Of a DNA stretch of 64,000 bases, positions 37,891 through 51,321 are shown piece after piece; position 1 is the stretch's first letter, and each line of letters begins with the position of its first letter. The translations under genes and the position numbers were made by a program. Below the pieces are notes generated by a model. That model was not told the origin of the DNA. It saw nothing but the letters and a program-made list of their open reading frames with translations, and made no database searches. Origin of the DNA: Lama guanicoe. Taxonomy: Eukaryota. The stretch covers positions 7,413,367-7,477,366 of the forward strand of contig MU054220.1 of the NCBI GenBank assembly GCA_013239625.1. Reading direction: 5' to 3'.

Positions 37891-40800
37891 CTTCCAGTGT
37901 TCAAGTCTTTTCTTGTTAATACAATTTATCTCCCCAGTTACAGAACATCACCAATCTCAATAGTTATTAGAAGAACTAATTTCCTTGCAAATGTATCACC
38001 TTTTTTTTTTTTTTTTGGTTGACTTTAAATGGGGGAGCTACATGGAGCCTCTAGCGGTTGCCCCTGAGAAGTTCACAGCATTGGTATTTGCTTTCTTCCT
38101 CCCGGCCAGTGGGAATACATCTCTCTCTGACTTCTGTCCTCAGAAAAGGAAATCTCTGCTTATAAGGGGTTTATTTGTTTGGATCGGGACCACTCAGACC
38201 ATCTCTAGGAGTGTAAACTCTTTGAGAGACTTCAATTACAACTGCAAAATCCTTCTGTGGCAGTACCTCAGTGAGTATTAGATTGAACAGAGGATGAGGA
38301 TCTTTGAAGAGTCTTCTTTAGAATTCTGTGCTCCCCGCCCCTCATCACCCACCTAACTTCCGCCCAACCCTCAAGGCTCATCTCAAGCTTCATCTGCTTG
38401 TTTCTTTCTCCAAATTCCTATTCTTTGCTCTAAACTACTAGGTTGTGAATATTATTTACTTATTTATCTTAATATTTATCAGCATACACAAAATGTGCTT
38501 TTATTTGACTGGAAGTGTGTGACCCACTCAACTACCCATCCACAATGGCAAACACACATACGTATACACATATACTCGCCCCATTTTGGTTTTGATGTAC
38601 TTGAAGGTACAGAACATTTTTTCAAATTTTTCTTTTGCATGAAACAAATTCCTTGACTCCTATATACTAAACACCCTGGTGAGAAGAACTCACAGTGTCT
38701 AAAATAGCATTAGACTTACAGGGTCATATGCTCATTTTTTCCCGAGACAGCAGAGGAGCTCAGAACTACCACTTAGGCTGAAAGCTCACTGTAATCTCCC
38801 CCTATTCACAAGCAGCAGAACTTGGAGCCACAATTGTAGGATATTAATGAAGCTCAGTCGTGAACTAAATTGGGTCAAAGACAATCAGCCAGCGCTTCCT
38901 AATGGTCTTTTTCCAAATATTGCCACAGATCCAAAACATAAAGCATTTTACTTGGTAAGTGCACATTTAGAAGATGTCTGTGTAAAAACACTATCTTCTA
39001 AAGAGGTAGAGAGGGCCCATGCTCATTTTTACTTGTTCCTGAACTAAGACTTGAAATCTAATGCATTTACAAATTATTTCTTCACTTTGGAAGGGGAAGG
39101 AAGTTAGGATGAGGACACTTTTTTAGACAGAAATTTTTCAGTATTTTGGATTGTCAGAGTCCAGAAGCTGTCTCTTATGCCCAAATTGATATAATATGGA
39201 GACAGAAACAAATTTCCTTTCACAGTGAAGGCAAACATTTCCTAATACTCTCATCAGATTACATGATAGCAAAAACTAGGATTCAATATTTGATGCAGAA
39301 TAAACATTTTTATACATGTGTATGGTTAAACATATGCACATAGAAGGTTCCCCCAATTTTAAATGTTCTGATTTCTCTTTTTTGAGAAGGTTAAATTATT
39401 TCAGCGCAGCTTTGGTTATGGAATAATGCCTGGCATTACTGTGATTAAACTGGGTACATTAAAGTAAGTACTGATGAATTAAAAGCACAGTAGAATTCTT
39501 GGTGGGTGTGAACTGATGAGTAATCTTAACTAAAGGTAAAATGTGGCCATTATATTTGTACTATAAATAAAGCTTTATATTATGAATCACAGAGATAAAG
39601 ACAGTGTGTGGTGCAAAGACACATTCAAAGACTGATTCTAAGTGATCTAGGTACAGTTACTTCTTTCGGAAAAGAAGAAGAAGGAGAAAGAGAAGGAAAA
39701 AAATCAAACTGTCAGCATCTGATGACCTCAATTTAACTAAATATGAATGATTCACACATTTTTCAGTTGGTGATGCCTTATTATATAGTTCATGACTTGG
39801 ATTTACACTATGATTTTGCTATAGCTAACATTCAAAAATAAATGGATATTCAGTTTGATAGTCAATATAACCTGACATATTAGAAAAGTGCCCATTCCAG
39901 CCCAGTCATAGAGCAAATGTAAATTAGGAAAATACACATCGACTAACTCCTTTTCTGGCAAATGTTGCATATTAACTAATTATTAGAAAATAAATTTACC
40001 ATTTCTTGAGGTGAAGCATCTATTTGTGCAGATAAATAGAGGTAGAGTGCAGAAGATCAGTAACCACAGTTTATTATAAGCGACAACTTCATCATTGAGC
40101 TGTATTTTATTTTACTTTAATTGTTTGACATGAAGTAGCAGCCTGACAACTGATTCATAAAGCATCTGAGAGCATTAGTCAGAGAGAAATGAGCTTGCGG
40201 AGTGTCCTGCCCTGTGATCTGAGCATCCCGTGGAAGGAGGATGCTCACTGAATCCTTAGTATGTACACAAGTTTGGGATGCATTATGCAGAACAATCCTA
40301 AAATGTAAAAAGATTTGCTTCAAAATATTACATTTATTAACCCATGTAATACTTCCAACAGCTTCAACAGCGTTCGATAAAGAGGAAATTAAAGCTCAGT
40401 TAAGGACTCAAGTCTTCAAGTATCAAACATCAAGTAGGTTGTAAAAGACTCTTTGATTCCAAAGAGCTTGTGCCTTTCCATGTATCCCCAAGAGGCCTTC
40501 TTAAATGTTCTGATGATAAAACCACAAGGGGGCTTGGCTTCCTCTTTTATTGTCTCAGTAAACCAAGACAGAAAAGAGAACAGTGTTTTTTTCATCCAAG
40601 GTCTCTATTTTCTTTTGATATCTGAATGAACTTTAGGACACCTGGACCACTCTGTGAGGTCTTCCCCCAGGAAGCATTTGTAATCACATAATCTGGGGGA
40701 AACAATTCTTGCAAGAATTCACATTGTGTACACTTGAACTGATCTTTATATGCCATCGTGAGTCAAACTTCTAATAACTAAGTGTAATTGGGCCTTCTGC

Positions 40801-43344
40801 TAGTAAAAATATCAAGCTATACAAATCACATATTGTTTCCCAAACATACTATCTACTTTACATTATATTTTACTCATATCCTGAAATTTTCTATCTTTTG
40901 TTTACTAATTCCATTCCCAGTTGTCTCCCAATCTTGTGTACATTTACCTCCTCTTTGAATTCTTCAAATAAACTACCAGGTAAAATTAATCATATCATCT
41001 CTTGTGTTTCCTTAGCCCTTTGTATGTTTCTTGTAATGGTTATAACCCTGCGTTGTGAGCCGGTAATGCTAATATCTAACCATTTTTTTTTAGGACTCTT
41101 TGTCTGACCTAAACATTTCACAGGTTTGTTCATTTAAGCCTCACAAAAACCATATGAATCAGGTATTTTTATCATCCCACTTTTGCAGACACACCATGAG
41201 GTAAACCCATCTGAGTTCATCCAGCTCAGCCTTCTCATGTTTCCTGTTCTCATATTATATCTTTTCCCACCCATTTACTTTCACTCTTCTTATTTTATAT
41301 TTAAAGTTTATCGCTTGCTGACAGCAGACAGTTGGGTTTTCCTTGTGGATCCATTATGGATATCTCTGTCTTTTAATTGGAATGCTCATAAAAAACAGAT
41401 GTTGTGTGTGCTCGTAAAAAACAGAGGTGCCACGTGAGCACAGAAGCTAGAGAGGTGGGGGAAGCCATCACAAGAGAGAGAATATCGATTTCACCCTTGA
41501 AGACCAAACAAACAAGGTTGTATGTACATAATGGCTGTGGCATCACTGACAACCGAAATCACATGTGCAAAGACACAAAAGCCAGGCAGCATAAAATTGT
41601 AGTGTCAAAGAGATCTTTGGTCCATGCATCTTTTTGGAGACTTTCTATGGGAGCACTTTATATCCTTCCCTGAAGATTTTATACCAGAAGAACTGCAGGA
41701 CCTATTTACCTGCTGGCAGAGCTGTGATTAATTGGGCCAGTATTTCACATGTTAGCAAAGTTAGATTCACCAAATCTCTCTTTTGAGGATTAGGACTAGG
41801 AAATATGGACACCAGTATTGGAAAATGGTGACACACCAAAAAGCATATTTGAGGAGGGGAAAAAAGAACTCCAGTTTCATGCAGTGGTTCTGTCTTCATT
41901 TACAGAGCACAGTATATTCCTTCCAACATCATTTCCATTCAGTAGCATGGCGCTATTTATTCCAGCCATATAGCTCCATTAGGTTTACTGCAGAGATGTT
42001 TTCAAGTTTCCTATGGTGCCTTTTTTGGCTACCCCTAGGAGGATAGTGAAAATGATAACCTACACAATCATGGCAAAGAGAGTGTGTGCAAATAAAAAAA
42101 AAAAAGAAATCAACTCAGTCCTTTCCATTTTCTCTGTGCTATCTTCGTGTCATGTCATGAATATTTAATCATACCTCACTGATGCAAGGAAAGAGCAGGG
42201 TAATACGAGCTAAGATGAAAATGGATACTAACGTGATGGGAGATGATTATGTTTTTATGTGTTTTATAAAGTTCCATATACAGTTATGAAATTCCATAAA
42301 CAATGTCAACGCTGGCTTGATATATTCAGTAACTGATACTCCATTTGAGGCTGGGATTGACTGTTTTTATATTAGAGAGAAATAATACTAATCCAAAACA
42401 GTTTTAACAGGGATAGAAAACACTACAAATCAAAGTTGTAAAGAAATGATAGGCCTTTTTCTTTATACTTAAAAAAAAAAGTGAAGTGTGGAATTATAGC
42501 AGAGACTTGAATGGACCGTAATGAATCTCAGCATCTGAAAAGCTGATTCAAAATAAATGGAGATAATTAACAGATTGGAGATCTGCAAGCAACAGGTAAT
42601 TGGATTATCAACGGATAATTTGTTTCCATGGACGTTTCCACTATCTGCACATCTGCAATATTTCATTCTTGTCGTTTTGTTCTCTCAAAGAATGTCCTTA
42701 AAACTCAGTTATTCCCCCATTTGAGCTCCGTAATTAAGTTATTTTGAGGAGACAGGCACTGCATTTTTATCCTCAAACAACGTCCAAAACCCTCATTTTA
42801 ATTACAAATGACACTTTATTTCCGCTGCTTTGGTACTGACCCTTGGAGAAGATTGAGGCTTTTTCATTCTCCAAAAAGCATAAATTCAAGTTTAGTAACT
42901 TTGATCTTTTAAAATATTGACCATTATTCTGAGTCTTTTTGCTTTTCACAGCAATTCAAATTTGAAACTTGAAAACTTCAAATGGAAAGTTTTTCTGTAA
43001 CTTTGAATGTTAAAATTTACAACCAGAGCCTCCACGTTCCCTGTTTTGCTCTTTGTAGTCCTGTCAAGCTGATGATAAGAGTCAAATTTCTCTGTCCTGA
43101 GGAGTATGGGAGACCACTGCCCTTTGCTGGTGGGAAGAGAAATGGATGCTTTTCAACACTATCGTGAACATTTTGTGCAATTCATCTAAAGCATGTAGCA
43201 AAATTTCAAACACAGGAAGAGCACACAATAAAACCAAGACGACTAACCCCGTCCAGCCCAAAGTTACAGAAATGAGGAACAAGAATTTCATGAAGCGGCG
43301 TTATGTGTGACAGAGAGAAACACCATTCACGATTCTAAGCTTTG

Positions 43345-43600
43345 ACTCCCAGACTCAAGTATGCCATGAAGAGCATGCTCCGAAGCCAGACACTCTGGCT
43401 TCCTATCCAGACCCACTTTTATTAGCCTTATATTGTTGTGTAAATTACTAAACTTCTTTATTCTGTGTTTTCATCTTCGAGTGGGGAATAATCGTAATCC
43501 CAAAATGGTAGATTTGCAGAAATGATTAAAAAATAATAAAGGTCTTTGAGAAGTCTCTCCTGGCACATGGTTATCACTGTATTAACATTTATTATTATTT
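43345..43600 (+). mobile_element. MIR SINE
   Basis: 'gccagacactctggcttcctatcc...taaattactaaacttc...cctggcacatggt'. Confidence 0.6.
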
Positions 43601-46600
43601 CAGCCAATGAAATGAATGAACATGAATGACCACGGAAACTGTGAACTCCTAGTCAAGTTGAATTGTGAAAGCCAACCAACATTCAATCAGATGCTGTTGT
43701 AATATTGTGCTGTGTTCCTATAAGACTGGTAAAATACAAAAAGAATGAATACTTTCATCAAGTTCAATGGGCTTTGAGACTAAACCAAAGATCTTTAAAT
43801 ATCATATAACTGATACTTTATTTAAATATCATGTAATTGATTCAAAATTATGATTTTAAGTGAGAATTATATTAAGTTTTTTAAATACAGCATTAGAATA
43901 CTTTAAGATAACTTAATAACACATTTGTCAATTTACATTTTTAAACTTGTGACATTTAAATTTTTCAGAAGGTTTAATTGCTAGAAAATTGAAATTGTGG
44001 AAAAGGAAGTTGAATACATTAAATTTTTAAAAATGATTTGAACCATTTGAATATATCAGGAAATTTGATTAATTAATTAAGCAGTGAATGTCTTGCTAAA
44101 ATAAAGATCAACATTTTCTTTTTTTAGTTAAAAATAAGATAGTAAGTTGAAATACTTGATTTTAAAAATTTGTCTGAAAATTTAATATTTGAAACTAAAG
44201 AAACTTCTGGATAATCTATTCTTGGGGGAAAAACCTTCAAGGGAATATGTGTATGTGTTTGTGTATCATATTTAACAACCATTATGATATTCAAATTACT
44301 TGGATAATTTACTGTCATTAATATCTTTCCACTCTTTCATTGAGATTGTGAAGTGTTTCTGAAAATTTGGAAGTAATTTGAAGATCTATTGGAGTTTAGG
44401 GTATTGCATCTGGGAATCATAAATTGGATGTGAAAAGGCTTTATTCATTGAGGTTTTGGGGGAAGGAATAATATGCATACTTGTAGAATACTCTGGAGTC
44501 TCAGAAGACAAATTTCATAGTTGGAGGTCAAGAGGACCACGGATGACTGGAGTCTTCTTACTCTGACAGGATCCCAGGAACATAGGAAGCCAATGAGTAT
44601 AGATTTACACCATGCTTTTAAGAAAAAAATAACTGTTACGTGAGAATGAGGAATTTAGACTATGTAAAGGTCCTACCATGCACATTTGTGTTTTTCAAGA
44701 CAAAAAACGTTTCTTCCGAACCCTGGGTGTTTGCACGTTTTGTATGATTTTGCCATTGCTTTTTCTTCTCTAGATTTTAATATAATGTCTTTGTAAATGG
44801 GGTTTGAATAGCTGCTGGCCTCAGTTATTGACCAAGAGGAACCAAGGCTGGAGGTTCTGTACAAACTCAGGAAAGTATTTTGGAGGGTTCAGTGGTTCCC
44901 AGGGGAGTACAGTAGGAGAAAGAGAAGAGGCGGGAGCTGACGTTTCCTGAGATCATAGCAGACGCTCTACTTTCTTCAATAATTCAGTCATCTTGGCATA
45001 ATTATCCCCATTTTGAAGATTTAAAATAAAACAACCAAAAATCTGAGATTGCGACCAAGGTCACAAAGTAATTAAGGTGGGTATCAAACCCAGGTCTAAT
45101 GACAAAGTCCTTCCTCTTTCTAAAAACTGCAAAGGGAAATAAAACCTCATGATGAAGGCAGACTTGTTTCCCACCAAAAGGTTTGCATTTCAGATTTCTT
45201 TGATCCTCTCTTTTAACATTCTAAGGAATATCTTTATCTGACCTTTACAATTAAATTTATCATGAGAAATCTATTTGTTTATCCCTGAAAGTTACGTATC
45301 ATGTTCTAAGTCTACTAGGTCGAACATCTCATTCATTTACAGAAGTCATTTTTTATTCTTATTTTGTATATGTTATTTCTTATTTTGTTTTTGCCACGTG
45401 GCATTAAATAGCACAAGAACCTTTCTTGATGATTTTCAAAAATATGTAAAATCAATGCCCATGGCCAAATTTATTTGATTTCACTGGAAGAGTAATGTTA
45501 ATGTCAAGTGTAGGTGTTCTTCCCCTTAGGACCTGTTTTAATGACCCTATCTTTAGATAATCCACGACTTTTGAATACAAACCAAAGACAATTGCTTTGC
45601 CTCACACCATTATAACAATCCTTTTATCCAGAAGAGGCTAATGGGAGAAACCAAATTAGTGATGTTTGCATTGATTGGGTGTGAAAATTATTGTAATGGA
45701 AATGTCTACACTGTCTTGACTTTTTTTTCCCCCTACTGGTATTTAAGAAGCAGTACAATTGTTTTCTCAATGTATCACCAACTGGTTTGGGGAGGAGAGG
45801 AGAATGTAGCTACCTGTTCCCATTGCTTACTTGGTACCAGACATTTTGCTAAATGTATTACAAACATTTCCTTAATAGGATATTGGTTTTCATTAGTTTG
45901 GGAGTACTTATTTGTGTTTTCTTTTAAGCAAAAGCTTTATCCTAATGCTAAAAAGATCTATCAGAATGCAAAATAGATGCGCATCTGATGATGGTTCTCT
46001 TTAAAAAACAGCCATTTTATTTCCACTCTTACTTCTGTAGAATTCCTGAGAGTAAGAGGAGATGAAATTAGAGAGGCAGTGGGGTTTTTCATTGACAGGA
46101 AGAACCTCAGGTAGTGCTTGGAACTCAAGTTGTTTTGGGGTTGTAAAATTGTCAGTAGAGTTGCTATTTATAACAGGTACCATTCTGGAAAGATTTTACC
46201 TCCCGTGGGGGCAGCAAGAGTTCTGAGGGGTGTTCAGGCTTTGCAGCAAGGATGGAACTGTTAAAAATCTTGCTAAGGGACAATGATTGATTAATCACAA
46301 AGCTGACCAGGGACCTTTGACAGCAATCTGTTGACTTGTATGAGCTTCTCTCCCCGTCTTAGCCCTTGCTGTGGTTTTGATGCGGGGCACTGACAGCCAC
46401 CTGCTATGATGGATTCACTGTATTCTGCATGGGGACATTACACTCATCATTTCTGCATTCTGTCTGCCTCCGGCATTTATTCTTTTATTTTAAAACAATT
46501 CACTTAGTGATGACTGTATGTCAAACATACTGACATCTTTATAGACACTTCTCAAGTTACTACAGGTCATTTCTCCAGGTGATACAAAAACTAACATGAG

Positions 46601-46624
46601 ACGCAAACTTTAACATTAAAACAG

Positions 46625-47222
46625 TGTTATTGTCGGCGATTATGTTCTTGTCTTTTCGCAGAAAGAATTCAGAGATGAGAGACGAAGGTTAAGAAAGTAA
46701 AGCGAGGATTTATTAAGGGATGGAGAGAACACTCTCAAGAGGAGGGCGGGCAGGCTCAGGTGAGCAGCTGCGCTGAGCTTCTTTGGCAAGTTGGTTACAT
46801 AGGGTGTAAAAATGAATGGGTAGAATATTCACTAGGGAGGGAAGGGTTTGGGGTTGTATTGCCTGATTTCCATCCCAGCTCTACTTTCCCAAGGGGAAGA
46901 AGGATTTTTGTCTTTCTTTAGTCTGGATCAGAAGTGTCATGGCCCCAGTGCATGATGGGTACTTCTAACCAGCAAGGCTAATTTTACTGAAATCAGGGTA
47001 CAATGAGCAAAATGTTAGATTTGGACACCAGAGATTCCTATCTTTCCCCACCTTTCTTTGCCAGCCTCCAGGACATTTGTCACCACAAAATGTGTGATCT
47101 CAGATCAGTCCTGAGGTTCCTGCTTTTTTCTGTCTGCACAAGGACCTCTGATGTATAGGTTCCTGTCATTTGGCCATTGCCCCCTTTCTGTGATCACATC
47201 TAGCTATCTGCTTGCTCTAACA
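46625..47222 (-). mobile_element. ERV1-type solo LTR
   Basis: Minus strand TGTTAGAGC...ATAACA; AATAAA on the minus strand at 46709-46714; homologous to 47592-48237. Confidence 0.9.
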
Positions 47223-47591
47223 GTTTTACTTCTAAGACTTGTGCCATAGAGACAGAATGTTTTATTGGGGCCATTTCTATAAGCAGTTTCTGTACAAAAT
47301 AGATGCAAGGTGAATAACGCTTAAGAAGTGACCCCAGAATTGTTGATGGAAACAGGACTCAGTAAATAGAAATTTACTGTTAATGTCCCGCATTCGAAGA
47401 AATTGGCTTGGTGAGCTGATACGGTTACTAAGTGTTAGAAATGGACCTCAGTTCCATCAAATATCTGGGCTGTCAATAACGAGAGAACATTTTAAGCTTT
47501 CAATGAGAGGTAGATGATGCAAATAATTTGATTCTAAGATATTAGTCTCTCTGTTCTTTAAGTTTTATGAAAGCTGATGTCTTAAGGCTGT

Positions 47592-48237
47592 TGTTAGAGC
47601 CGGCAGACAGCTAGATATGAGTAGAGAAAGGGGGACACAGGCCAAATGGCAGGAATTGGGCCAAAAGGAGGGGCACTGGCCAAATGCAGGAAACCCTTCA
47701 TCATGGAAACACCAGGGTTCCCTGGGCAGAGGAAGAAAAGTAGGAATCTCTGGGCCATTAAGAAGTCGTATATTTGGGGGTGACAAGTGGCTTGGAGGCC
47801 AGTAAAAAGAAAGGTGGGGAAAAGCAGGAATCTCAGGCATCCAAATGTAACCTTTTGCTCATTATGCCCTCATTTCAATAAAATTAGCCTTGTAGATTAC
47901 AAGCATCAATCATGCAATGAGGCTGTGACACTTCCTATCCAGCTAAATAAGGGCAAAGATCCCTCCCTCCCTTCAGGGAGATGGAGTTGGGATGAAAATC
48001 AGGGACTATGATGCCAAACCCTTCCTTCCCCAATGAATATTCCACCCATTCATTTTTACACCCTATGTAACCGACTTGCCAAAGAAACTCAAGGCAGCCG
48101 CTCACCTGAGCCTGCCCGCTCTCCCCTTGAGAGTGTACTCTTCATCCCTTCATAAATCCTCACTTTACTTTCTTAACCTACGCGTCTCATCTCTGAATTC
48201 TTTCTGCGACAGGATAAGAACCTAGTCACCAGCAACA
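47592..48237 (+). mobile_element. ERV1-type solo LTR, same family as 46625-47222
   Basis: TGTTAGAGC...GCAACA; near-TSD CTGT/CTGC. Confidence 0.9.
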
Positions 48238-49829
48238 CTGCGATGACTCTTTCTGTTGTAAATGGCCTCACCACAGTTTCTAATGAGGGCTGTTGAATCA
48301 GTTGAATTTGAGTGTTGTTCTGGAATTAAGAAATGGAGTCTCTATTTCTAAAGACACACAATCTGTGGCACCCAAAAGATTTTTCCTTGAGTTAATTCAA
48401 GTCTTTCCTCTCATGGAGGCAAGATTTATTCTTTGGCAAATGTTTAATAAAGCAATTGAATAATTATCTAAGTCTTTTGCAGTATGTCTGCATGTTTGTG
48501 TGCCTTGTACCCTGTCATAGTTTGTTAACTGGTAAAGCTTAAGTTAAAAATGTGTTTTGAGTGTATTTATATCTATCTTAATATATCGAGCTTACCAATT
48601 TGTTAGAAAATGAGTCATTTTAATTTATAAGCTGGCTGATTGGTCCAATGAACAAAACATTTAAATTATGAGAATCGGTTGAACTATTTGTACATGTAGA
48701 AATAATAAGCAATTTATAATCCTGGTCTCAATTTGCCAAAATAATGAAGACAGGATGATGTAAAATGTATACTATCACTGTTTCCCTTCTAGCAGTAGAA
48801 AATAAAACTCCAGGGGGCCCCATTCACACAGACTTCTTTTATTTTTTTCCCTGTCTTTTACCATGTGTCTTTTTCCTGCTCAGTTGCTTTGAGTTAGAAC
48901 TTCTAGAAGTATCTGTCAAAACATTTAATGATTTTTGATGGCACCATTGGCTTATTTGAGTTCCTGCATAGGGGTGAGACATGAACTTCAACTTTGAAGA
49001 ACACCCTTGGACTCTTATATAATAATTCGGGATTTGATAGACACAGAGATTCCATAAGAGAAAAATAAGCCAATTTGTTGTAATTTTCTCTTCTATCAAA
49101 AGTTATTGTTTGTGCAGGAAGAAAGGGATGGAAATACTGCTAGAGGTATTGGAAACAGTTATTAAATGATAAGTACGAAGAAGAAATTTTCTTTTGTCTG
49201 CCAAACCCCTCTGGTGTTGCCAAGTCATTTTGTATCTGATGTTCAAGAGAGACAGGATCGCTTTCTTCAAAGGCTCATGAGAAAAGAATCAACTTTGCAA
49301 CATCTAAAGAACAGAGGAAGAAGGTAATGACAAGAAAATATTTGTGTCGCTTTTCAAATCAAAGAGAAATTTAAAAGTATTAATAGAAAAGTCTCCCTGG
49401 GAAGCTGAACCTTATTAATACTAACAGGTTGAATGATTTAGTGTTCTTATTCTATTTTGTTTAAAAGTATGGATTGGGAAATATCTAAATAGTGAAGGCG
49501 ATCCAGCTTATATTCTTTAATCTTTTTATGTGTGTGCATATTTACTTTCAAATACGACTTATTACAAAGATGTATGGATTCACTTCTGCGTAATATACAA
49601 GTATATAGATCATTAGAATATGCTTAGACTGCCTGAATCATATGGGTGGATTACAGATATATTTATTTCTAGAGATGAATGTCTTTTATCCCAACAGCAC
49701 ATTTTTAGACGTTTAGCCTACAGGAAGGTATATATGAATACCTCTCTTCTGCAAACCCAGAGAAAAATCATTTGCTCCTTTGCATTCTCCTGAAACTAAC
49801 CAAGAATTTTTATATCACAGTCCTTAGGG

Positions 49830-50060
49830 AATCATTTTCAGGAAAAGGTAAAATTATGAGTCTCATACAGAGATAGAAAGAACCCGTGATAAAGAAACAT
49901 TTCATTTAACTCATTAATGAGGAAACTGAAAGATGTTACAACTATGTCAAAAGAAAAAGCCAAGAACACGTTTATAAATCAGGAATGTTAAAGCTAATAT
50001 GCAAATGAGGGCAAACTAGCTTCTAAGACAGTGGGGGAGGGAAGTCAAGTGAACTTTTAC
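49830..50060. mobile_element. Possible ancient LTR fragment
   Basis: 'aactcattaatgaggaaactgaaagatg' resembles old ERV1 LTR motifs, from memory only. Confidence 0.3.
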
Positions 50061-50780
50061 CAGACGAAATTTATTTTCATGTCTATAAATAAGAATCACT
50101 TTGTATTGCCGTGAATTATCTATTACTTAAAGAATTATCTATTACTGGTAAATGGAGGCAGAGAAAGGCTAGCATCAGATAACAAAGAAAGATTACATGG
50201 TTAAAAAAATACTTAGTTTTTCACTATAAATATCCAGCAGTCCTTTATCCTTATTCCAAATTGTCTTTCACACTAAGTATTCCAGTTGAGATGTTGGCTA
50301 CCACTTACTGCATATTTGTACATCATTTTGGTTCTAGCTAGGTACTGAGATTTTTCTGGGGTAAGAACTGTGCTTTGAATTATTTTTGTCTCCTTGTTTT
50401 GCCAAAGATAGAAACAGGGGAAAAACAGCTACTTCTTAAATAGTTGGTGGAATGAAATTATAACATTGGGTGTTGTTGATCAGCCACAATGAAAATTTGA
50501 TCTTCATGGCATGCACAATAGAAGATGTTTTTGGAAGCCTACAGAAGGATGATGCTTATTTTGTTGGGCATAACTATTTGCTTAAGAGCAAAATTCTCAA
50601 CATTGCTTCATGCCCTTAATTTAGGTTGTTATAAGATTTTTATTGGTGAGACAAGTTTTGACCCCAGCTTAGCCTGAGCATAAAAAAAAAATTGCGTAAA
50701 ACTTTAAAACAGACAGAGTTCTATTCAAATCCACTTTTACTACTTTTTGCCTTAGGAATTGTGTGATCAGAGAAAGAGTT

Positions 50781-51321
50781 TGTTACTCCAGAAAAAGGAA
50801 AAAACCTCAGTTCTTGTCTTGCCCAGAAGAGAAGAATTCAGATGGGAGACAAAAGCATTGAAGGATTTTAAAGATTTTATTAGCAAAGAAAAGTACACTT
50901 CTCAGAGTGGAAGGCAGGCTGATCCTCGAACAGATAGCAATGGTCTTTGTCCCTTCTCTTATACCCTCGCTTAAAGGTGGTCTCTTGATTGATTGATTGA
51001 CAGCTCTTGCCCTGGAATTCCTGGTCATGCTCATCCCCTTTCATGTCCTTACATGATGCACACAGAAAAACCCAGTGAGGGTTGGGGTCTAAACCACGAT
51101 GCTAATTACATTACAATGAGCATTGGGTCACGTCCATGCAGTTAAGTCTCCGTCACTACCGCACAGTCGCAGCTGTTGGATTCTAACGTTTCTTGCTGGC
51201 GCTCATTTAGAGGAAGTAAAGCCTCTTTATGCTGGAGGTCGGGCATACCGCCAACTGCCAGACCATCCTGCCTTTCCTCCACCTATCTGCCCGGTGCCCC
51301 CACTCATCTAACTACCTAACA
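50781..51321 (-). mobile_element. ERV1-type solo LTR with a perfect 4-bp TSD
   Basis: AGTT|TGTTAC...CTAACA|AGTT; AATAAA on the minus strand at ~50877-50882; U5 resembles that of 46625-47222. Confidence 0.9.

Noticed and set aside
39405..39469. Possible 59-nt plus-strand exon (ttcag|...|gtaagt; RSFGYGIMPGITVIKLGTL)
   Set aside because: Weak acceptor, unrecognised peptide and no partner exons; expected by chance in 64 kb
39465..39740. Three CTGATGA motifs (hammerhead core or C-box-like)
   Set aside because: None is followed by a stem II plus GAAA, and I found no properly spaced D box with a terminal stem
46625..48237. Intact provirus or DNA transposon with long TIRs
   Set aside because: The arms are inverted, each is a complete TG...CA LTR with its own poly(A) region, the spacer has no PBS or coding sequence, and the outer flanks share no TSD
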